A stretch of 64,000 nt of DNA from an uncultured Acidimicrobiales bacterium (GCA_963717115.1 CAVQVO010000017.1:792109-856108), one strand, 5' to 3'; shown: positions 45,103 to 55,540, counted from the stretch's first letter. The notes: generated by a model from the letters alone, not told the origin. Numbers and translations: made by a program.

Positions 45103-46287
45103 ATGACCCGACGCCCGCCCCTGTGGTTCATCTTCTCGGTGACCGTGGCCGGGATCCTGGCCAACACCCTCCTCAGTCCCAACATCCCCGACATCCTGGC
45201 CGCCTTCGACCAGCCCGAATCTCGCGCCGGGGTGCTGGTCGCCAGCGGCCCGCTTCCGGGCGTGGTCGTCGCCCCGATCATCGGCGTGGTGGCCGACCGA
45301 ATCGGTCGACGCAAGGTCCTGCTGCCCTGCCTGGTCCTGTTCGGACTGGCCGGGCTGGCGGCCGCGGCCGCGCCAACGTTCGGACTGCTGCTCGTGGCGC
45401 GCGTGGTGCAGGGGATCGGCGGGGCCGGCCTGATCAACCTCGCCGTGGTCATGATCGGTGACTTCTGGACCGGGCCCGAGCGGACGAACCTGATCGGCAA
45501 GAACTCGGCGGTGCTCACGGTCTGCCTGGCCCTCATGCCGTCCTTCTCGGGTCTCGTCGCCTCGGTGACCAGCTGGCGCTGGTCACTCGCCTTCGCCTCG
45601 CTCGCTCTCCCGGTCGCCGCCGCGGGCTTCGTGCTCATGCCCCGAGTCGACACCATCCCCACGCGCACCATCGGCGATCAGCTCCGGGGCACGGCGGTCC
45701 TGGTCCGCCAGCCGGTCATCCTGGCCGTCGTGGTCGCCTCCTTCCTGCTGTTCGTGGTCGTCTTCGGGGTCTTCCTCACGACCTTGCCGGTCCATCTCGA
45801 AAAGGAGTTCGGGCTCGGTCCGGGGGCTCGCGGGCTGATGCTGTCGGCCCCGGCGATCGGGTCGACGCTCGTGGCGTTCAACCTGGGCCGGATCCGGGCC
45901 CGGTTCGTCGTCCGCACGGTCTTGGTCGCCTCGAGTGCCCTCATCGCCGTCGCCGCCCTGGCCATCGGGGTCGCCCCGGCCCTCGGACTGATCGTCGTCG
46001 CGTCGATCGTCTACGGACTGGGGGACGGACTGGCCATCCCGACCCTGCAGGACGTCACCGCGAGCGCCGCCCCCGACGGTCAGCGGGCGTCGATCATGGC
46101 GGGCTTCGTGTCGGCGACGAGGTTGGGTCAGGCGGTCGGTCCCATCGGCGCATCGGCGATCTTCGCGGCCACGTCGACCTCGACCGCGATGGTCGTCGGT
46201 GCGGCGATCTTTGCCGTGGTGGCGGTGGGATTCGTCGTCGGTCCGATCGACGAGCCGGCCATCCAACGGTCGGCGGCGTCGACCTGA
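45103..46287 (+). CDS. MFS transporter
   Basis: 394 aa and 12-TM-like. Motif ...GVVADRIGRRKVLL... (MFS loop 2-3 signature). Confidence 0.85.
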   Translation: MTRRPPLWFIFSVTVAGILANTLLSPNIPDILAAFDQPESRAGVLVASGPLPGVVVAPIIGVVADRIGRRKVLLPCLVLFGLAGLAAAAAPTFGLLLVARVVQGIGGAGLINLAVVMIGDFWTGPERTNLIGKNSAVLTVCLALMPSFSGLVASVTSWRWSLAFASLALPVAAAGFVLMPRVDTIPTRTIGDQLRGTAVLVRQPVILAVVVASFLLFVVVFGVFLTTLPVHLEKEFGLGPGARGLMLSAPAIGSTLVAFNLGRIRARFVVRTVLVASSALIAVAALAIGVAPALGLIVVASIVYGLGDGLAIPTLQDVTASAAPDGQRASIMAGFVSATRLGQAVGPIGASAIFAATSTSTAMVVGAAIFAVVAVGFVVGPIDEPAIQRSAAST

Positions 46288-46321
46288 GGCTCGCCGGACC
46301 GAACCCCGGGTTCGGCCCCGG

Positions 46322-47164
46322 TCAGCCGGCCATGTCGGTCGGCACCCAGGGCATGGTGGCCGAGAGCTGCCGGGCCTGGGCGAGCAGTCGCCCGTCGGTC
46401 GACCACGCCTCGGTCTCGGTGTCGACGTAGCCATCGGCCGACACCGTCGATCGATTCGTCATGGCCACCCAGTCGTCGTAGGGGTCGACGAGGGTGTCGA
46501 AGAGGTGGAACGTGATGTCGATGGTGCGGGCCATCGTCGGCGGATCGCCGACCATCATGATCGGCGGTGGCCACGCGTCGCACAGCGCCACCAGCTGGGC
46601 CAGACCGATGGGCGCATGATCGACGGGTCGAATCCAGCCCGAGACCTCCGCGGTCTCCTGGCCGGGCGGCGGGGGGAATCCGCCGACCACGTATCGGGTG
46701 TCGTAGCGGGACCGGATCATGTTCGGATCGGGCCAGGACTCGCCGACGATCGAATCGGGATCGGGGAAGTCGGGAGCGGGCCGGACGTGCCAGCGGGGAC
46801 CCTCCCGGTCGGCGGCGATGACGCCGCGGGCCACGGCCAAGGTGGACCCGTCGCGGTGGATCGCTGCGTCGATCACCGTTGCCGATCGACCCGAGCGCAG
46901 GATCCTGGTCTCGAGCTCGGCGGGGCCGGGTGTGTTGGGCGCCAGCAGGTGCACGGTCATCGAACGCAGGTGGCGGTGTCCGGTGTCGGGCGCGCCCGCC
47001 GGGTCGATCGACGCTCCCTCGATGAGGCCCTTGGCGAGCAGGCCGGCGACGTACCCGCCGTTGGCCCCCACGCCGACCGACCAGCGGGGCGAGACGACGG
47101 TGTCGAAACGTCCCGGGGTGGTCGGGGTGAGCGGGGTGTCGGTGTCGAACTCGGAATCACGCAT
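46322..47164 (-). CDS. Acyl-CoA thioesterase (double hot-dog, TesB-like family)
   Basis: Motif ...VGANGGYVAGLLAKGL... ...RSGRSATVIDAAI... ...IDITFHLF.... Start at ATG 47164. Confidence 0.6.
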   Translation of the reverse strand: MRDSEFDTDTPLTPTTPGRFDTVVSPRWSVGVGANGGYVAGLLAKGLIEGASIDPAGAPDTGHRHLRSMTVHLLAPNTPGPAELETRILRSGRSATVIDAAIHRDGSTLAVARGVIAADREGPRWHVRPAPDFPDPDSIVGESWPDPNMIRSRYDTRYVVGGFPPPPGQETAEVSGWIRPVDHAPIGLAQLVALCDAWPPPIMMVGDPPTMARTIDITFHLFDTLVDPYDDWVAMTNRSTVSADGYVDTETEAWSTDGRLLAQARQLSATMPWVPTDMAG

Positions 47165-47174
47165 GGATGCTCGA

Positions 47175-48116
47175 TCAGAGCGCACCGGTGGCCAGGGCGG
47201 CAAATGCCGCGATCCCGATCGCGATCCGGTACCACCCGAAGATCTCGAAACCCCGCTCGTTGAGCCATGTCACCATCCACTTCACCGCGAGCAGCGCCGA
47301 GACGAATGCGACGACCAGGCCGATGAGGGGGTTGACGACACCGAACTGGTCGATCAGTGCCGGTCCGTTCTGGAGTCCTTCGAGCGCCGTCGCCGCGGTG
47401 AGCGTGAGCAAGCCGAGCAGGAAGCTGAACTCGACGGCCGCTCGCAGCGACAGGCCGATGAAGACGCCCGCCAGGATGGTCGTGAAACTGCGACTGGTGC
47501 CCGGCCACATGGCGATCGTCTGCAGCCCGCCGATGACCAATGCCTGGTTCATCGTGATGGTGCCGAGTTCCCGGCCGGCCCGGTCGAGGTAGCCGATCCG
47601 GTCGAGGACCAGGATGACGACGCCCCCCACGATCCACGATGCGGCGATGGGCCAGACGCCGAAGAGCTGCTCGCGCACCACGTCCTGGATGAAGTAGCCG
47701 ATGAAGGCGGTGGGGACGAAGGCGGTGATCACCGCGATCAGGATGTGTCGTCCTTCTTCGCTGCGACCGAACAGTCCGTCGAGCATCTGCCGGATCCGGC
47801 CCCAGTACAGGAAGAGGACCGCGAGGATCGCGCCGGCCTGGATGCAGATCGCGTAGGTCTCGAGGGCGAGATCGGCCGGGCCGTCGTCGCCGCCCAGGCC
47901 GAGGATCTTGTTGGTCACGAGCAGATGACCGGTCGAGCTGATGGGCAGGTATTCGGTGATTCCCTCGACCAGACCGAGGATGACGGCGTCCAGGGCCGAC
48001 AACGTGACGGCGGCACCGTCGCCCGCAGCTCGTGCCGCACCGACGGGGTGCGCGAGGAGCAGGAGGGTGGTCGCGACCGTCGCAAGGAGCAGGATCCGGC
48101 CGACGCGTCGTGTCAC
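47175..48116 (-). CDS. uppP: Undecaprenyl-diphosphate phosphatase
   Basis: The motif ILGLVEGITEYLPISSTGHLLV and the C-terminal half are typical of BacA/UppP. A ~40-aa N-terminal extension makes the start uncertain. Confidence 0.85.
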   Translation of the reverse strand: MTRRVGRILLLATVATTLLLLAHPVGAARAAGDGAAVTLSALDAVILGLVEGITEYLPISSTGHLLVTNKILGLGGDDGPADLALETYAICIQAGAILAVLFLYWGRIRQMLDGLFGRSEEGRHILIAVITAFVPTAFIGYFIQDVVREQLFGVWPIAASWIVGGVVILVLDRIGYLDRAGRELGTITMNQALVIGGLQTIAMWPGTSRSFTTILAGVFIGLSLRAAVEFSFLLGLLTLTAATALEGLQNGPALIDQFGVVNPLIGLVVAFVSALLAVKWMVTWLNERGFEIFGWYRIAIGIAAFAALATGAL

Positions 48117-48228
48117 GGGCGGGAACGGTAGACGGTCGCGGCGCGGATGGGGCGTACCGTCACCGGGTCGGCTCGGGGTCGGCGGCCGCGCCGGTCGTCG
48201 GTGCGGGTGTTCGCCGGCGACGTCGGTT

Positions 48229-50070
48229 TCAGGGCTTGCAGAGCACGAGTCGTTGCTCGCCCTTGGTCTCTCCGAAGCGGATCGACGGACCGTCGCCGAT
48301 CACGGCCAGCACGACGTAGCGATCGGGATCGAGGGTCTCGCCGTTGGCCTCCTGCCCGTTCATGAGCTCGATGCTCGCCCCGTCGGCGACCATCGTGTCG
48401 AACGATTCGGCATCGAGGTCGCCGAAGACCGGACGAGTGGTGATGCTGGCGCCGACGCCACCCGGGTTCGGGGCATCGGCCAACGAGTAGATGTTGGCCC
48501 GACCGACGTGATGGGCCAGTCGGGTCGTGACCGCCGTGGCCAACTCGGTTCGGTCCGACAGGACCAGGACGGTGCCGACCCCGATGGCATCGGCGGCCTC
48601 TTCGGGTTCCTCACTCTGCAGGTCGCCGTCGAAGGCCAGGATGGTGCGCTGTCGGGCTCGCCGACGCTCGATCTCCCGATCGGTGAACACGATGGCCGGA
48701 ATGCCGGCCTCCTGGAGTCGCTCGGCCAGCTGCAGGTGCCAGTTCGACCCGCCGACGATGGCGACGGCCCGATCGGGGGGTCGAGCCAGTCGCAGGAAGT
48801 GGGCCGCCGGTGTGGCGCCGAATCCGTAGATGACGACGGTGGCGACGATGACCACGAACACGGCGGGAGCCAGCGGCCCCGGATCGATCCCTGCGGCTTC
48901 GAGCTCGAGCGCGAAGACGGTCGAAACGGCCGCGGCGACGATGCCCCGGGGCGCCACTGCGACCAGGAACCAACGCTCCCGTGACGACAGACCCGATCCG
49001 ACGGTCGAGGCCCAGACGTCGAGGGGTCGGGCCACCAGCACCAGGACGGCGGTGAAGACGAGCGAGGGCACGAGGACATCGGTGAGATCCGAGGGCTCGA
49101 TCCTCGCCCCGAGGACGAGGAACAGGGCGCCCAGCACGAGATAGCCGACCTCCTCCTGGAATTCCAGGATGTGCCGCACCGGGGCTCGCCGTTGGTTGGC
49201 CAGGACGATGCCGATCACCGTCGTTGCCATCAACCCGGCCTCGGGGCGGAGCAGATCGGCGATCGCGAAGGCGCCGACCGCCGTCGCCAGCGCCATCGGG
49301 TTGTGGAGGTGATCGGGGACCAGGTGGAGATGGAAGGCGAGGGCGAGCAGCGCGCCGGCCACCGCACCGATGGCCAGGCCGATACCGAGCGTGGAGGCGA
49401 TGTGGATGGTGCTCGCCAGCGGACCGTCGTCCTCGATGACGGCATCGAGCACGACCACGGCCAGGGTGGCGCCGACCGGGTCGATCACGATGCCTTCCCA
49501 GCGGAGCACCTCGGCGACCGACCGGCGGGGTCGGGCCAGGCGCAGCAAGGGGATCACCACGGTCGGACCCGACACGACGCACACCGCGCCGATGAGCGCG
49601 GCGATCCCTCGGCCGACGTCGAAGATCAGATAGGCCGCAACGCCCCCGATCACCCAGGTGATGAAGGCCCCGAGCGTGACGAGTCGGAACACGACGCTGC
49701 GGACCTCGGTCGTCCGTTCCCATCGGAGGTTGAGTCCGCCCTCGAACAGCAGCAGCCCGACCCCGAGGGAGATGAGCGGGAAGAGCAGCTCGCCGAACTG
49801 CTCGTCGGGGTCGATCAGTCCGAAGACCGGCCCGGCGAGGATGCCGGCGGGCAACAACAGCAGGATCGAGGGCACGTTCAGCCGAGAAGCCAGCCACAGG
49901 GCTGCGACGCCCAAGCCCAGGATGATCGCAATGGACGAGGTCGTGCCGGAGGCGCTGGCGACGATGGAGGTCGACCACGCCGGGAGCGACAGGACGGACT
50001 CGGGGAGGTGGGGGACCAACGGCAAGAGGACCAACGTAGAGCGTTTCGAGGGCGAATGGCGGATGACCAC
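48229..50070 (-). CDS. Cation:proton antiporter (CPA1, Na+/H+ exchanger) with C-terminal TrkA-like regulatory domains
   Basis: Motif ...VPSILLLLPAGILAGP...LLFEGGLNLRW.... The C-terminal half contains AIVGGSNWHLQLAERLQEAGIPAIV (Rossmann-like). The start is uncertain. Confidence 0.8.
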   Translation of the reverse strand: MVIRHSPSKRSTLVLLPLVPHLPESVLSLPAWSTSIVASASGTTSSIAIILGLGVAALWLASRLNVPSILLLLPAGILAGPVFGLIDPDEQFGELLFPLISLGVGLLLFEGGLNLRWERTTEVRSVVFRLVTLGAFITWVIGGVAAYLIFDVGRGIAALIGAVCVVSGPTVVIPLLRLARPRRSVAEVLRWEGIVIDPVGATLAVVVLDAVIEDDGPLASTIHIASTLGIGLAIGAVAGALLALAFHLHLVPDHLHNPMALATAVGAFAIADLLRPEAGLMATTVIGIVLANQRRAPVRHILEFQEEVGYLVLGALFLVLGARIEPSDLTDVLVPSLVFTAVLVLVARPLDVWASTVGSGLSSRERWFLVAVAPRGIVAAAVSTVFALELEAAGIDPGPLAPAVFVVIVATVVIYGFGATPAAHFLRLARPPDRAVAIVGGSNWHLQLAERLQEAGIPAIVFTDREIERRRARQRTILAFDGDLQSEEPEEAADAIGVGTVLVLSDRTELATAVTTRLAHHVGRANIYSLADAPNPGGVGASITTRPVFGDLDAESFDTMVADGASIELMNGQEANGETLDPDRYVVLAVIGDGPSIRFGETKGEQRLVLCKP

Positions 50071-50131
50071 GTCGACCAGGGGAGTTTGCCGCAGTCCGGT
50101 GTGACAGACGACTCACTGCTCCGCAGAATCT

Positions 50132-50164
50132 CCGTTCCGTCGATGGGAACCGATACCGTTCCGT
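50132..50164. promoter_or_regulatory. Operator-like repeat GTTCC-N7-GGAAC-N7-GTTCC upstream of the MMPL gene
   Basis: CCGTTCCGT occurs at 50132-50140 and again at 50156-50164, with GGAAC (50146-50150) between them. The stretch is locally AT-richer and lies 40-70 bp upstream of the ATG at 50206. Confidence 0.35.
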
Positions 50165-50205
50165 AGCGTTATCTGCCCTGTTCCGCACGCCCAGGAGTGC
50201 CCCGC

Positions 50206-52563
50206 ATGTTCGTCCGACTCGGCCGCTGGTGTTTCCGTCATCACTGGGAGACCGTCGGCCTCTGGGTCGTCCTGATCGTCGGCATGTCCGTCGTCGGTCA
50301 GGGCATCGTCGGTGCGTCCTACAACGGTGAGTTCTCGATCCCGGCGTCGGAGAGCTCCGACGGGTTCGACGTCCTCGCCGAGTACTTCCCGGGTCAGGGT
50401 TCGGGCGGCCAGGTCGGCAGCATCGTCTATCGGGCCGAACAGGGTGTCGACGACCCGAGCGTCGTCGAACCCATGACGGCGCTGTTCGACGAGGTCGCGG
50501 CGCTCGAAGGCGTGTCGCTCACCAGCCCCTACGGTCCGCAGGGCGCCGGTCAGATCAACGCCGACCAGACCGTCGCGTACGCCCAGCTCAACCTCGACGC
50601 CGACGTCGACCAGACCGAGTCCGCCGAGATCGGGGCCGAGATCGCCGACATCCTCCCGTCGATCGACGGGGTGACCATCGAGGTCGGCGGGGCCGCGCTC
50701 GGGGAATTCGAGCCACCGGAATCGGAACTGATCGGCCTCGCCTTCGCCATCGTGGTGCTGATCCTCTCGTTCGGATCGGTGCTCGCCATGGGCCTGCCGA
50801 TCGGCGTGGCCCTGTTCGGCGTCGGCACCGGGGCCGGCGTGATCGCCCTCGTCTCGAACCTGACCACGATGCCCGACTTCGCGCCAACGCTCGGGGCGAT
50901 GATCGGCCTCGGGGTCGGCATCGACTACGCCCTGTTCATCGTGACCCGCTACCGCGAGGGCACCCGGGCCGGCCTCTCGCCCGAAGACGCCACCGTCCGG
51001 GCCATGGACACCGCCGGCCGCGCCGTCACCTTCGCCGGCATCACCGTGGTGGTCTCGCTCCTCGGAATGCTCCTCATCGGGCTGTCGTTCGTCTCCGGCC
51101 TCGGGATCGGCGCGGCCATCGTGGTCGCCGTCACCCTCGTCGCCTCGCTGACCCTGCTCCCGGCCATGCTCGGCATCGCCGGACACCGGGTCGAGGTGAC
51201 CCGCTACCGGGGGCTGATCGCCGCCGGGTTGGTCGCCGTCGCCCTGCTCGGCGTCGGACTGGGGATCCGGTCGTTGCTCGTTGCGGCACCCATCGCGCTG
51301 GTCGTGCTGCTCCTCGGTGCGATCCCCGCCGTCCCGTTCCTCGGTCGGGAGGTTCCCAGGCGCGCTCAGAAGCCGGTCCGCGAAACGTTCTCGTACCGCT
51401 GGGCCCACCTCGTCCAGGATCACCCGATCGTCTCGTTGCTCGTCGGCGGCGGCCTGCTCGTGCTCCTCGCCATCCCGGTGTTCAGCCTGCAGCTCGGCTT
51501 CTCCGACGAGGGCAACTTCTCCGAGGAAACCACCACCCGCCGGGCCTACGACCTGTTGGCCGAGGGCTTCGGACCCGGGTTCAACGGTCCGTTCGTGGTC
51601 GTTGCCGAAGTCGGCTCACCCCAGGACCTCCCGGCACTCCAGGGGCTCGCCGACACCATCGCCGCCGATCCCGGGGTGGCGTTCGTGTCGCCCCCGTTCC
51701 CCAACGACCTCGCCGACCCGGCATCGTCGGAGGCGGCGCTGATGCAGGTCATCCCGACCACGTCGCCCCAGGACGTCGCGACATCGGATCTGGTGGAGCA
51801 CCTCCGGGACGACATCATCCCCGAGGCGATCGCCGGCACCACCCTCGACGTCCACGTCACCGGTTCGGTACCGGCCTCGATCGACTTCACGTCGTATCTC
51901 TCCCAACGCATCCTGCTCTTCTTCGGCGTGGTGCTGGCGCTGTCGTTCCTGCTCTTGATGATGGTGTTCCGTTCGCTCCTGGTCCCGCTCAAGGCCGTGG
52001 TGATGAACATGTTGTCGATCGCGTCGGCCTACGGCGTGGCCGTTGCCATCTTCCAGTGGGGCTGGGGCTCGTCGCTGTTCGGTGTGGAACCGGCACCGAT
52101 CGAACCGTTCGTCCCGATGATGCTGTTCGCCATCGTGTTCGGGCTCTCGATGGACTACGAGGTCTTCCTCCTGTCCCGCGTCAAGGAGGAGTACGACCAC
52201 TCCGGTGACCCGGTGAACTCCGTCGCCGACGGCCTCGCCGCGACGGCCCGGGTCATCACGGCCGCAGCCGCCATCATGGTCGTGGTCTTCGGCAGTTTCC
52301 TGTTCGAGGACACCCGCATCATCAAGCTCTTCGGTACCGGTCTGGCCGTCGCCGTGCTGCTCGACGCCTCGCTGGTCCGGATGCTGCTCGTTCCCGCCAC
52401 CATGCGCCTGCTCGGCGCCAAGAACTGGTGGCTCCCGGGCTGGCTCGACCGGATCCTGCCGTCACTCGACGTCGAGGGTCCGACCGACGAGCACGAACCC
52501 CACGCCGGAGACGACGACCCCCGGCCCGACGATCGGACCCGACAACCCGTCACCACCGGCTGA
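50206..52563 (+). CDS. MMPL family (RND superfamily) transporter
   Basis: MFVRLGRWCFRHHWETVGLWVVLIVGM... and two 6-TM bundles with ...GIDYALFIVTRYRE... and ...GLSMDYEVFLLSRVKEE.... AGGAG lies 8 nt before the ATG at 50206. Confidence 0.9.
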   Translation: MFVRLGRWCFRHHWETVGLWVVLIVGMSVVGQGIVGASYNGEFSIPASESSDGFDVLAEYFPGQGSGGQVGSIVYRAEQGVDDPSVVEPMTALFDEVAALEGVSLTSPYGPQGAGQINADQTVAYAQLNLDADVDQTESAEIGAEIADILPSIDGVTIEVGGAALGEFEPPESELIGLAFAIVVLILSFGSVLAMGLPIGVALFGVGTGAGVIALVSNLTTMPDFAPTLGAMIGLGVGIDYALFIVTRYREGTRAGLSPEDATVRAMDTAGRAVTFAGITVVVSLLGMLLIGLSFVSGLGIGAAIVVAVTLVASLTLLPAMLGIAGHRVEVTRYRGLIAAGLVAVALLGVGLGIRSLLVAAPIALVVLLLGAIPAVPFLGREVPRRAQKPVRETFSYRWAHLVQDHPIVSLLVGGGLLVLLAIPVFSLQLGFSDEGNFSEETTTRRAYDLLAEGFGPGFNGPFVVVAEVGSPQDLPALQGLADTIAADPGVAFVSPPFPNDLADPASSEAALMQVIPTTSPQDVATSDLVEHLRDDIIPEAIAGTTLDVHVTGSVPASIDFTSYLSQRILLFFGVVLALSFLLLMMVFRSLLVPLKAVVMNMLSIASAYGVAVAIFQWGWGSSLFGVEPAPIEPFVPMMLFAIVFGLSMDYEVFLLSRVKEEYDHSGDPVNSVADGLAATARVITAAAAIMVVVFGSFLFEDTRIIKLFGTGLAVAVLLDASLVRMLLVPATMRLLGAKNWWLPGWLDRILPSLDVEGPTDEHEPHAGDDDPRPDDRTRQPVTTG

Positions 52564-52643
52564 TCGACGCCGGGCCGAACCGGGGAGCCGGGCCGGGATC
52601 GACCGGCCTCGGCTCCTCCGCCTTGCCAGTAGCCTCTTCGCTC

Positions 52644-54347
52644 ATGCGTTGGTCCCAGCTGTTCGTCCCCACCCTTCGCGACGCCCCGAACGACGCCGTG
52701 GCCCCGAGCCATGCGTTGCTCGTGCGGGGCGGCTTCATCCGCCAGCTCCACGCCGGTCACTACTCGATGCTCCCGCTGGGATGGCGGGTGCACCAGAAGG
52801 TGGCCGGGATCGTGCGGGAGGAGATCAACGCGATCGGCGGGCAGGAGTTCAGTCTGCCGATCATGCACCCGGCGTCGATCTGGCAGCAGTCCGGCCGCTG
52901 GGACACCATGGGCGAGATCATGTTCCGGTTGACCGACCGGCGCGACAACACGCTGGCCCTCGGGATCACCCACGAAGAGATCTTCGCCACCGTTGCCGGG
53001 GAGCTGAGCTCCTACAAGCAACTGCCGCAGCTCTGGTACCACATCCAGACCAAGTTCCGAGACGAGGCCCGTCCGAAGTCCGGGCTGCTCCGGGTGCGCG
53101 AGTTCGCCATGAAGGACTCGTACAGCTTCGACATCGACGACGCCGGCCTCGACGTCGCCTTCCAGGCCCACGATGGCGCGTACCGCCGGATCTTCGACCG
53201 GCTCGGCATCCCGTCCTTCGGGGTCGAGGCCAGTTCGGGGGCCATGGGCGGCAACAGCTCGGTCGAGTTCATGACCCCCTCCGATGCCGGTGAGGACGAC
53301 GTCGCCCGCTGCTCGTGCGGCTATGCCGCCAACATCGAGAAGGCGACGTCGCAGGTGGCACCCGTGGTCGACGATGCACCGCCTCCGGCCCCCGAGACGT
53401 TCGCCACCCCGGGCGTGCGCACCATCGCCGCCCTCGAGGAGTTCGACGGTGGCGCGCCGGCCGAACGTCAGCTCAAGACCCTCGTGATGGTGGCCGACGG
53501 GGCCACGATCCTGGCCGTCGTACGGGGCGACCATCAGCTCAACGTCCAGAAGCTCCTCGATGTCACGGGGGCCATCGCCATCCGCCCCGCCGAGCCCGAG
53601 GAGGCCTTCGCGGCCCTCGGCGCCCATCCGGGGAGCCTCGGCGCGGTGGGGGTGAGCGATCTCCGGGTGATCGTCGACGAGGCCCTGCGCGGTCGGACCA
53701 ACATGACCACCGGTGCCAACGAGGACGACTTCCACCTGCGCGGGGTCGACGTGGCCCGAGACCTGAACGTGTCCCAGTGGGCCGATCTTCGCGAGGTGTC
53801 GGCCGGCGAGCCCTGTGTGCAGTGTGGTGAACCGATCGAGATCGTCCGCTGCATCGAGATCGGTCACATCTTCAAACTCGGCACCGTGTACGCCGAGAAG
53901 TTCGGGGTCACCGTGTCCGATGCCGACGGCGCTCCGGCTCCGGTGGTGATGGGCAGCTACGGGATCGGGATCGGTCGCAACATGGCGGCGGTGATCGAAG
54001 CCCACCACGACGAGCGAGGCATGATCTGGCCCGTCTCGGTGGCGCCCTTCGAGGTGGTGGTCACGGTCATGCGCCTCGACGACGAGACCCTGGGTGCGGG
54101 CGAGCAGCTCTATGCCGAGCTGCGGGCGGCCGGCGTCGACGCACTCATCGACGATCGCGACGCCCGGGCCGGTGTGAAGTTCGCCGATGCCGAGTTGGTC
54201 GGCATCCCCTACCGCCTCACCGTGGGGCCGAAGGGACTCGCCGCAGGCGAGATCGAACTCACGAGCCGGCGAACGGGGGAGACCACGAACGTGGCGCTCG
54301 ACGAGGTCGTGGCCGTGGTTGCCGCCCGGGTCGCCGCCGAACGCTGA
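52644..54347 (+). CDS. proS: Proline--tRNA ligase
   Basis: MRWSQLFVPTLRDAP...LLVRGGFIRQL.AGHYSMLPLGWRV...FRDEARPKSGLLRVREFAMKDSYSF.... Bacterial type with an insertion domain. Confidence 0.9.
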   Translation: MRWSQLFVPTLRDAPNDAVAPSHALLVRGGFIRQLHAGHYSMLPLGWRVHQKVAGIVREEINAIGGQEFSLPIMHPASIWQQSGRWDTMGEIMFRLTDRRDNTLALGITHEEIFATVAGELSSYKQLPQLWYHIQTKFRDEARPKSGLLRVREFAMKDSYSFDIDDAGLDVAFQAHDGAYRRIFDRLGIPSFGVEASSGAMGGNSSVEFMTPSDAGEDDVARCSCGYAANIEKATSQVAPVVDDAPPPAPETFATPGVRTIAALEEFDGGAPAERQLKTLVMVADGATILAVVRGDHQLNVQKLLDVTGAIAIRPAEPEEAFAALGAHPGSLGAVGVSDLRVIVDEALRGRTNMTTGANEDDFHLRGVDVARDLNVSQWADLREVSAGEPCVQCGEPIEIVRCIEIGHIFKLGTVYAEKFGVTVSDADGAPAPVVMGSYGIGIGRNMAAVIEAHHDERGMIWPVSVAPFEVVVTVMRLDDETLGAGEQLYAELRAAGVDALIDDRDARAGVKFADAELVGIPYRLTVGPKGLAAGEIELTSRRTGETTNVALDEVVAVVAARVAAER

Positions 54348-54368
54348 GAGGCGCCCGGTGGCCCCGGT

Positions 54369-54393
54369 CCTGGGTCAGCGTCGCTGACCCAGG
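54369..54393. terminator. Palindromic hairpin between the convergent proS and prsW-like genes (overlaps the prsW-like stop codon)
   Basis: CCTGGGTCAGCG-T-CGCTGACCCAGG. The arms are a perfect 12-nt complement. Confidence 0.45.
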
Positions 54394-55526
54394 CGGGCGC
54401 GGTTCAGTTGGGCGACGAGCACCTGCTCGGTGGCCCGGTCGGTTTCGCCCGGTCGGTCCTGGAGCACGGCCAGACGGGCCAGAGCGGCATGGACGGCGTC
54501 GAACTGGCGGCGTTGCGCCTTCGAGAGCTGCTTGCGCATCGACAGCATCGTGCGGAAGTTGCCGAAGGCCGCGATCTCGGCGGCGGGCAGACCGTAGCGC
54601 TGGGCCAACCAGGGGACGAGCTGGACGAAGCGACGCTCTTCGCGTCGGCGCACCCGGTAGAGCACGACGGCGAACGTGAAGAACAGGATCATGAAGCCAA
54701 CGAGGCCGACCAGCGCCACGATGGCACCCGAGTCGCCCCACCGGTCGGCGGCGCTGAGGGATCCGTTCCAGGCGGCGTGCGAGAGCACCGACAGGCCGAA
54801 GCCCCACAGCGCGGCCGGGAAGGGCCGCTGGCCCCGGGACACGGCACGACCGACGGCGAGACCGGTCCATGCCGTGAACAGTGGATGGGCGAACGGTGAG
54901 AAGAGGGCCCGGACGACGAACACCGCAGCCAGCGACGCCGTGTCGTCCTGGGCCACGAAGTAGGTGACGTCCTCGATGACGGCGAAGCCGAGGCCGACCC
55001 ACCCGGCATAGACGATGCCGTCCATGATCCCGTCGATCTCGTGCCGGCGCAGCGCCCACAGGATGCCCGCACCCTTCATGGCCTCCTCGATCAGGGGCGC
55101 CGACACCACGGCGCCGATCGTCTCGTTGGTCGAGACCGTCACGATGGAGTTGACCGTGCCCGCGACGAGGACCGAGACCGTCGCCCCCCAGAGGAAGGCG
55201 TGCGCCAGGGCGGCGTGGGGTTCGGGCTCGACCCGGTCGAGCCAGAGCATCACGGGAAGCACGATCACGATCGGCACCACGCTCAACCCGACGGCCAGCG
55301 GGGCGGTCACCGCGATGACGGCCAGGAACGGAACGACCAGGACGGCGGCGATGAGGACGGGCACGCTCAACCACTCGGGGAGCCGGGGTCGCCGTTCGGT
55401 GCCGGCGACGTGGATCGTCCACGCGGAGCCGTCCCACCAGCGCCAGGAGGCGACACCCCAGGGATCGGGGAGCCATCCCGGGGACGTCGGGGCCGGTGGA
55501 GGAGGGGTCACGGACACCCGCCCCAT
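54375..55526 (-). CDS. PrsW-family intramembrane metalloprotease with DUF2510-like N-terminus
   Basis: The N-terminus GWLPDPWGVASWRWWDGSAWT is followed by ...LWLDRVEPEP...IEEAMKGAGILWAL...AGWVGLGFAVIEDVTYF...HAAWN. Start at ATG 55526. Confidence 0.75.
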   Translation of the reverse strand: MGRVSVTPPPPAPTSPGWLPDPWGVASWRWWDGSAWTIHVAGTERRPRLPEWLSVPVLIAAVLVVPFLAVIAVTAPLAVGLSVVPIVIVLPVMLWLDRVEPEPHAALAHAFLWGATVSVLVAGTVNSIVTVSTNETIGAVVSAPLIEEAMKGAGILWALRRHEIDGIMDGIVYAGWVGLGFAVIEDVTYFVAQDDTASLAAVFVVRALFSPFAHPLFTAWTGLAVGRAVSRGQRPFPAALWGFGLSVLSHAAWNGSLSAADRWGDSGAIVALVGLVGFMILFFTFAVVLYRVRRREERRFVQLVPWLAQRYGLPAAEIAAFGNFRTMLSMRKQLSKAQRRQFDAVHAALARLAVLQDRPGETDRATEQVLVAQLNRARLGQRR

Positions 55527-55540
55527 TGTGGCGCTTCGGC

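Noticed and set aside
43482-45671. 729-aa minus-strand ORF spanning the P450 gene and the 34-bp array
   Set aside because: It is antisense to a P450 with all canonical motifs. It reads through a non-triplet repeat, producing shifting peptide repeats. This is a typical high-GC shadow ORF.
52155-54008. 617-aa minus-strand ORF opposite proS
   Set aside because: It is antisense to an unmistakable prolyl-tRNA synthetase and has no independent signatures.
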